From NCBI GenBank assembly GCA_002726495.1, contig PBTH01000047.1, positions 1 through 60,972 on the forward strand: DNA of 60,972 nt, read 5' to 3'. The notes below the pieces were generated by a model. The model was not told where the DNA came from. It ran no database searches and saw nothing but the letters and a program-made list of their open reading frames with translations. Origin of the DNA: Methanobacteriota archaeon (GTDB lineage Archaea > Thermoplasmatota > Poseidoniia > Poseidoniales > Poseidoniaceae). Numbering within the stretch: the stretch's first letter is position 1; the number at the start of each line of letters is the position of its first letter. Shown in pieces: positions 56,908 through 60,972 of this stretch. A program made the position numbers and the translations under genes.

Positions 56908-57552
56908 CTATGTCTTGGTCAAATGAAGGCGAACGACCCTTGCCTCTCCTCTGTGCAAGTCGGATTCATCAAGTACTGTGGTTTCCACAGATGCATGAAT
57001 GATATCCATTTTTGGTGCATATTCACCGGTCATTTCGGCAAGCAGAAGATCAAGGTCAAAGAGCAAATCCAACGATTTGGGTCCGCCACTCGAGAGTGGG
57101 AGTTGGCTTTGGTGGTAGCCCTCCATCACAAAATGCCCTCCAGGATTAAGTGAATGGAGCATACGAGGCATGTGTCGCTTACGAATCACAGATGGAGTAT
57201 GAAACCAGGAGCAAGCGATTAAATCGTATTTTTCCTGGTCAAACGACCTCGTGACCAAATCATCAATATGATAGTCGACGGCTACTTGATGTGCTTCAGC
57301 TAAAAGAAAGCACTTTTTCATGCCCTCTTTTGAGAGGTCAAAGACCTCTGCCTTCCAACCTTTGGTAGCCGCCCATACTGCATTTCTCCCTTCCCCATCA
57401 GCGGGAAATAACGCCCGAGAGTTGGATTTTGGGGTCATTGATTCAATACGAATCTTGAGCCATTGGTTTGGTTCTCTACCGTAGGCATATTCATCCAACC
57501 CGAACCTTCGGTCCCACATTTCCGCACTTGATGTTGCATTTTCATCCATCAC
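56908..57552 (-). CDS. Class I SAM-dependent methyltransferase (TehB-like family)
   Basis: WDRRF...YAYG.EPN, motif I LFPADGEGRNA, VFDLS, YDLIAC, SLNPGGHFVMEG. Start overlaps the rqcH stop (ATGA). Confidence 0.88.
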   Translation of the reverse strand: MMDENATSSAEMWDRRFGLDEYAYGREPNQWLKIRIESMTPKSNSRALFPADGEGRNAVWAATKGWKAEVFDLSKEGMKKCFLLAEAHQVAVDYHIDDLVTRSFDQEKYDLIACSWFHTPSVIRKRHMPRMLHSLNPGGHFVMEGYHQSQLPLSSGGPKSLDLLFDLDLLLAEMTGEYAPKMDIIHASVETTVLDESDLHRGEARVVRLHLTKT

Positions 57553-59714
57553 TCTTCCTCCGAACCGGGCGATGGTGCAGACATGATTCCAGACTCCTCA
57601 ACAACCTCGCAAGCACCAGGAAGCACTCCCAATAAATCGTCAGTAGAGAGTCCTGTTATCTTGTAGATTTGATTTGCAACACGTTCTTTCTTGACCATTC
57701 CTGGCCGAAGTACGGCGTATCTTGGGCACATTGTCTTGATCTCATCAGGCGAACCTGTAATCATGAGAGGAACTCCGTTAATTGCTACGATTCCGATTCC
57801 GATTTCAACATTCAAGTCCTTGTACCAAGTTCGTTGTCCACGAACAATAAATGCGCCTTTCCCAACATACTCTCCGGTTTGTGCAGTCTTGGATACTTGG
57901 GCTGGCTTGACGCTATAGACCGTTCCATGTGAGCCGCCACTGTTCCATGCACGACTCCATGAAAGAGCTAAAGTGGCGGCCTGAGAGAGTTTATTTTCAT
58001 TGATTCGTTCATCCCCCAGTTTGTCCACGAGGCGGTAAGCTGGCACATCTTTTGGAAGATGGCTTGGTCTACGTTCTTCAAGGGCAAAACCCTGTGTAGC
58101 TCTGAGGCTGCAAGACGGGGCGCCATGCAGGTCTGCATGCAGGTACATATCTGAGCCTGACAAATGCTTTTTGACGATTGCATCGTTTCCTTTTGCATCC
58201 TTTCCTCCAACCAGAAGATGTCCACCACTGACAACACCCCAGCGGTGTTGTTCAAACCACATACGCTTGCTGCGCTTGAGTCGATTGAGCTTGCCGCTTG
58301 CTTTCTGTTTCATTTCTTTCTTTTTCGCTCGTTTGAGTTGCCGTTCCGTTTCTTCAAGGGCCTCAACAGCACCGCTCGTCTTGTTCTTTTGTTTTCTCGC
58401 TGATTCGAAATACCGTTGGGCATTTTGGTGAACCGTTGCATCAAGTTCGAGCAGTACCTGTGGGCCCTTTGCTTCGTTTTCTTCATCAGGGAGGATAATA
58501 TTGATTTCACGTTTTGAAGGATTCACAGAAGTGATCCAAGGAATTGATTTGGATGCTTTTTTGACCGCATCCCATCCATTTGCTTCTACGGCTTCTTTGG
58601 TTTGATTCAACAGACTTTCCACATGGGTCCAATGTTCTTGAATCAAGTGTCCAAGGCGCTGCTGCTTCTCAATTTTGACGCCAAATCCAGAAAGTGCCTT
58701 TTCTTGTTGTGCCTTTCGACGTTCAAGCCGTTCTGCTCCAGTTGATTGACCCCTTCCAGGTCCCGCCTGTTCAAACCGTTCTTCTTCTCTCCGTTGGAGG
58801 GCGTGAGCGTCGTGACTTCCCTTCCAAGCATCCACAGATTGGCGTAGTGAGGGGAAACTTACTATGGCGCTTCCATCATGTGAAGGCAATAAAATAGGTG
58901 TTGCTTCCTTTGTTCGCTGCTCAAGCCACTGGTGTTGTTCGACCAAGGGCAAAGCTTGGTACTCATCTTCCCAATTTTCCTTGTCATTTTCGGTTAATTG
59001 AACAATGAGATGACCATTATCGGATGAGTCAAGGTCCTCAAGCAGAGATTTTAGTGCATTGTACACTTCCTTAACATCTGCTTCTGCAGGGTTCATGTTC
59101 GGTTCATGCTGGGCAAGTTCGCACACAGCATTGGCATGAGTTCCTCCGAGGTTTGCCTTTCCTCCTAGCGTTGAAACAAGGTCACGGTCGGATTTAGCGA
59201 GAAGTTCATTCATTGCTTCAAGAGTCAGTGAGTAAGGGTCCATTGCAGCAGGAGGAGGGATGTATTCCACTCCTTTCTTGAGTGTTCGTCCTGCGTATGA
59301 TGCATGGGTTAAGGGTTGCACGATGATCCCGTTTTCATCAACGAGGATGATGTTACCGTCGCGAAAAACTTCTACGTAGAGGGTTCGTTCTCCACCTTTT
59401 GTGTCAAAATGGAAAGACAGAACACGGTCAAAGCCAACCTGCTTTACTGCTGTAAGTCGAGCATTCCGCAGGTGTTTTCGCAGAACCATTGCGAACGGAG
59501 GAGGAGTCATCGGCATGGGGCGGTCTCGCTGCGATGTGTAGATTCGTTCGCCTCGGACCAAAACCAAATCAGATTGTTCAGAGCCCTTTGGATTGATTCT
59601 AAGAACAACTTGTTCGTAATGTGGCATGTAGGCTTTTTTGACATAGGCTCCGGCGAATTGGTTGAGTTCACGGGCGATGGCGCGCAAATCAAAACCAGAC
59701 ATTGCCTTCTTCAA
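57549..59714 (-). CDS. rqcH: Archaeal Rqc2/NFACT (aRqcH, FbpA/DUF814) ribosome quality-control factor
   Basis: MS..DL..I..EL, PPPFAMVLRKHL, FDRVL, YVE.F.DGNIIL, HhH (NLGGTHANAV), NAQRYF..A.K, WFEQHRW, VGGKDAKGND..VKK, HADLHGAP, YVGKGAFIVRG.R. TTG start. Confidence 0.9.
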   Translation of the reverse strand: MKKAMSGFDLRAIARELNQFAGAYVKKAYMPHYEQVVLRINPKGSEQSDLVLVRGERIYTSQRDRPMPMTPPPFAMVLRKHLRNARLTAVKQVGFDRVLSFHFDTKGGERTLYVEVFRDGNIILVDENGIIVQPLTHASYAGRTLKKGVEYIPPPAAMDPYSLTLEAMNELLAKSDRDLVSTLGGKANLGGTHANAVCELAQHEPNMNPAEADVKEVYNALKSLLEDLDSSDNGHLIVQLTENDKENWEDEYQALPLVEQHQWLEQRTKEATPILLPSHDGSAIVSFPSLRQSVDAWKGSHDAHALQRREEERFEQAGPGRGQSTGAERLERRKAQQEKALSGFGVKIEKQQRLGHLIQEHWTHVESLLNQTKEAVEANGWDAVKKASKSIPWITSVNPSKREINIILPDEENEAKGPQVLLELDATVHQNAQRYFESARKQKNKTSGAVEALEETERQLKRAKKKEMKQKASGKLNRLKRSKRMWFEQHRWGVVSGGHLLVGGKDAKGNDAIVKKHLSGSDMYLHADLHGAPSCSLRATQGFALEERRPSHLPKDVPAYRLVDKLGDERINENKLSQAATLALSWSRAWNSGGSHGTVYSVKPAQVSKTAQTGEYVGKGAFIVRGQRTWYKDLNVEIGIGIVAINGVPLMITGSPDEIKTMCPRYAVLRPGMVKKERVANQIYKITGLSTDDLLGVLPGACEVVEESGIMSAPSPGSEEE

Positions 59715-59852
59715 TTCAAACCGCCCCTAATTTCTCTGCAAGGTTGAGGTCTATTGAAGGTTCTTCATGTATCATAGGCAACCGCATGGCCTTTGATTTT
59801 CTACTTTGATTGCAAATCGATCCCAAAAGAGGTTCTATTTCCAAACGAGGAA

Positions 59853-60884
59853 TCATTCTTCTTTTTCAGAAAATTTCAGCAAGACCTTTCCGATATTCTT
59901 GGCATCGTGGATGAATTGGTGCGCTTTTTGCACCTCTTCTGCAGGGAAAATCCGGTCAACAGTTGGATGAAGATGCCCCTCTTGGATTCCTTCAATAATC
60001 CGAGTGAGTTGTCGCTGCATGACCTCTTCATCCGTCCATGTCCCCATGTGTACGCCAAACACAGAGCGGTTACGTGTCATCAATCGGAGAGGGTCAAACT
60101 TTGGCGTTTTTCTTAATGCCAACAGAGCTTTGATTCGAGAACGCTTTGATGTGGGGGCTGCAGCAGATAGGCCGTAAGTGTACAAGCGCCCCCCTTCAGC
60201 AACTACTGAGAGGCTCCGTTTGAGATGCTCTCCACCAATCGGGTCCAGAACGTGATCAACACCTCTTCCTTCCGTTTCTTTGCGAACGATGTCCACGAAA
60301 TCTTCGTTATGGCGATCGATAGGTCTGCCTCCATATTGCTCGATGATGTTATGCTTAGGAGCCGAAGATGTAGCCCAAACGCGCTTGACACCTGCCCATT
60401 TACAAAGTTGAAGGGCAGCGATTCCGACACCACCTGCTCCTCCATGGATCAAGACGCTATGCTCTGGTTCCATGTGGCCAAGATGATGAAGCATATGGTG
60501 GGCTGTTAGGTATACGACAGGTGTTGCTGCAGCGGCTTCCAATGAGATGCCTTCGGGCAGTGGAATTGCCCTTGAAGTATCACAGATAGCATGGCTGGCC
60601 TGGCTCCCATTTCGCATTGCAGCAACAACCCTTTGACCGAGTGTAAACGAAGTTACACCTTCACCAAGGGCATCAACATAGCCGCTCAATTCGTATCCTG
60701 GTGTGAAAGGGTACGGCGGGCGAGGGTTGTAAAAGCCCATACGCATCAGCAGATCTGCAAAATTAATGCCTGCAAAAACTACCCTTATTCGGATTTGATT
60801 TCTCCCAGGTGTTGGCATGTCCATTGATTGGACATTGATGGTGGATACACCACCCGATTTGTTGATGACGACTTTTCTTGGCAT
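59853..60884 (-). CDS. MDR-family quinone oxidoreductase (VAT-1-like)
   Basis: GINFAD, PFTPGYE.SG, AAA.PVVYLTA, VLIHGGAGGVG, GRGVD.VLDPIGG, AHQFIH..KNIGKVLL. Confidence 0.9.
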   Translation of the reverse strand: MPRKVVINKSGGVSTINVQSMDMPTPGRNQIRIRVVFAGINFADLLMRMGFYNPRPPYPFTPGYELSGYVDALGEGVTSFTLGQRVVAAMRNGSQASHAICDTSRAIPLPEGISLEAAAATPVVYLTAHHMLHHLGHMEPEHSVLIHGGAGGVGIAALQLCKWAGVKRVWATSSAPKHNIIEQYGGRPIDRHNEDFVDIVRKETEGRGVDHVLDPIGGEHLKRSLSVVAEGGRLYTYGLSAAAPTSKRSRIKALLALRKTPKFDPLRLMTRNRSVFGVHMGTWTDEEVMQRQLTRIIEGIQEGHLHPTVDRIFPAEEVQKAHQFIHDAKNIGKVLLKFSEKEE

Positions 60885-60887
60885 GAA

Positions 60888-60971
60888 TTACACTCCTTGT
60901 TGATTTACAGTCCAAATACTGTTGTTGTTGGAAACATGCCCTTCCATTTCAAGAGAAATCAGATGGGAAAT
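60888..60971 (-). CDS. 3' end of a gene entering from beyond the window
   Basis: Open minus frame ISHLISLEMEGHVSNNNSIWTVNQQGV* ends 3 nt before the oxidoreductase ATG. Too short to assign. Confidence 0.4.
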   Translation of the reverse strand: MSHLISLEMEGHVSNNNSIWTVNQQGV

Positions 60972-60972
60972 G

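Noticed and set aside
56896-56910. Pyrrolysine decoding of the in-frame TAG
   Set aside because: No pyl genes or tRNA-Pyl in the window and none known to me for this lineage; a separate small ORF is more parsimonious.
59717-59788. 23-codon ORF (MRLPMIHEEPSIDLNLAEKLGAV) just upstream of rqcH
   Set aside because: Too short and featureless to distinguish from chance without conservation or ribosome-profiling data.

Overview
This is a gene-dense chromosomal segment (about 40 CDS and one tRNA). I found no CRISPR array, integrase, transposase or rRNA. The content points to a marine Thermoplasmatota archaeon, most likely Marine Group II / Ca. Poseidoniales. That is an inference from archaeal-type genes (NFACT/aRqcH, TrmB, stand-alone Lrp/AsnC domains, Trm5/Taw2, TATA-like boxes about 25 nt upstream of start codons) mixed with many bacterial-type genes and giant Asp-rich single-pass surface proteins. 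Main blocks: (i) 0.3-10.7 kb: membrane-anchored cyclophilin plus thioredoxin lipoprotein, a tRNA-modifying methyltransferase, uvrC, an HTH-STAND ATPase and two HTH-less Lrp domains. (ii) 10.8-21 kb: a beta-helix/Ig-like surface protein, GT2/GT4 glycosyltransferases and two paralogous Asp-box lipoproteins. (iii) 21.06-31.5 kb: a divergent 10-gene candidate photoprotection/photo-oxidative-stress module (crtB, crtI, UbiB kinase, TrmB-type regulator with an extra C-terminal domain, atypical peroxiredoxin, ribA | Nudix, class II photolyase, SRPBCC-TIGR01777 fusion, Bcp). This is the best candidate for an undescribed system. (iv) 31.6-45 kb: Ca-binding repeat surface proteins, including a roughly 2130-aa integrin-alpha-like single-pass protein followed by a cytoplasmic EF-hand/Zn-ribbon protein. 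(v) 45-61 kb: an apparently metal-site-degenerate M29 peptidase, M32 carboxypeptidase, pyrC, mog, tRNA-Phe(GAA) with encoded CCA next to a bacterial-type RNase PH, thiolase, a DEAD-box helicase with an RRDGG-repeat tail, an unannotated 50-codon membrane ORF, a methyltransferase, aRqcH and a quinone oxidoreductase. All family calls come from motif recognition by eye; no database searches were run. Several start codons were moved downstream of the ORF-track starts to more plausible positions.
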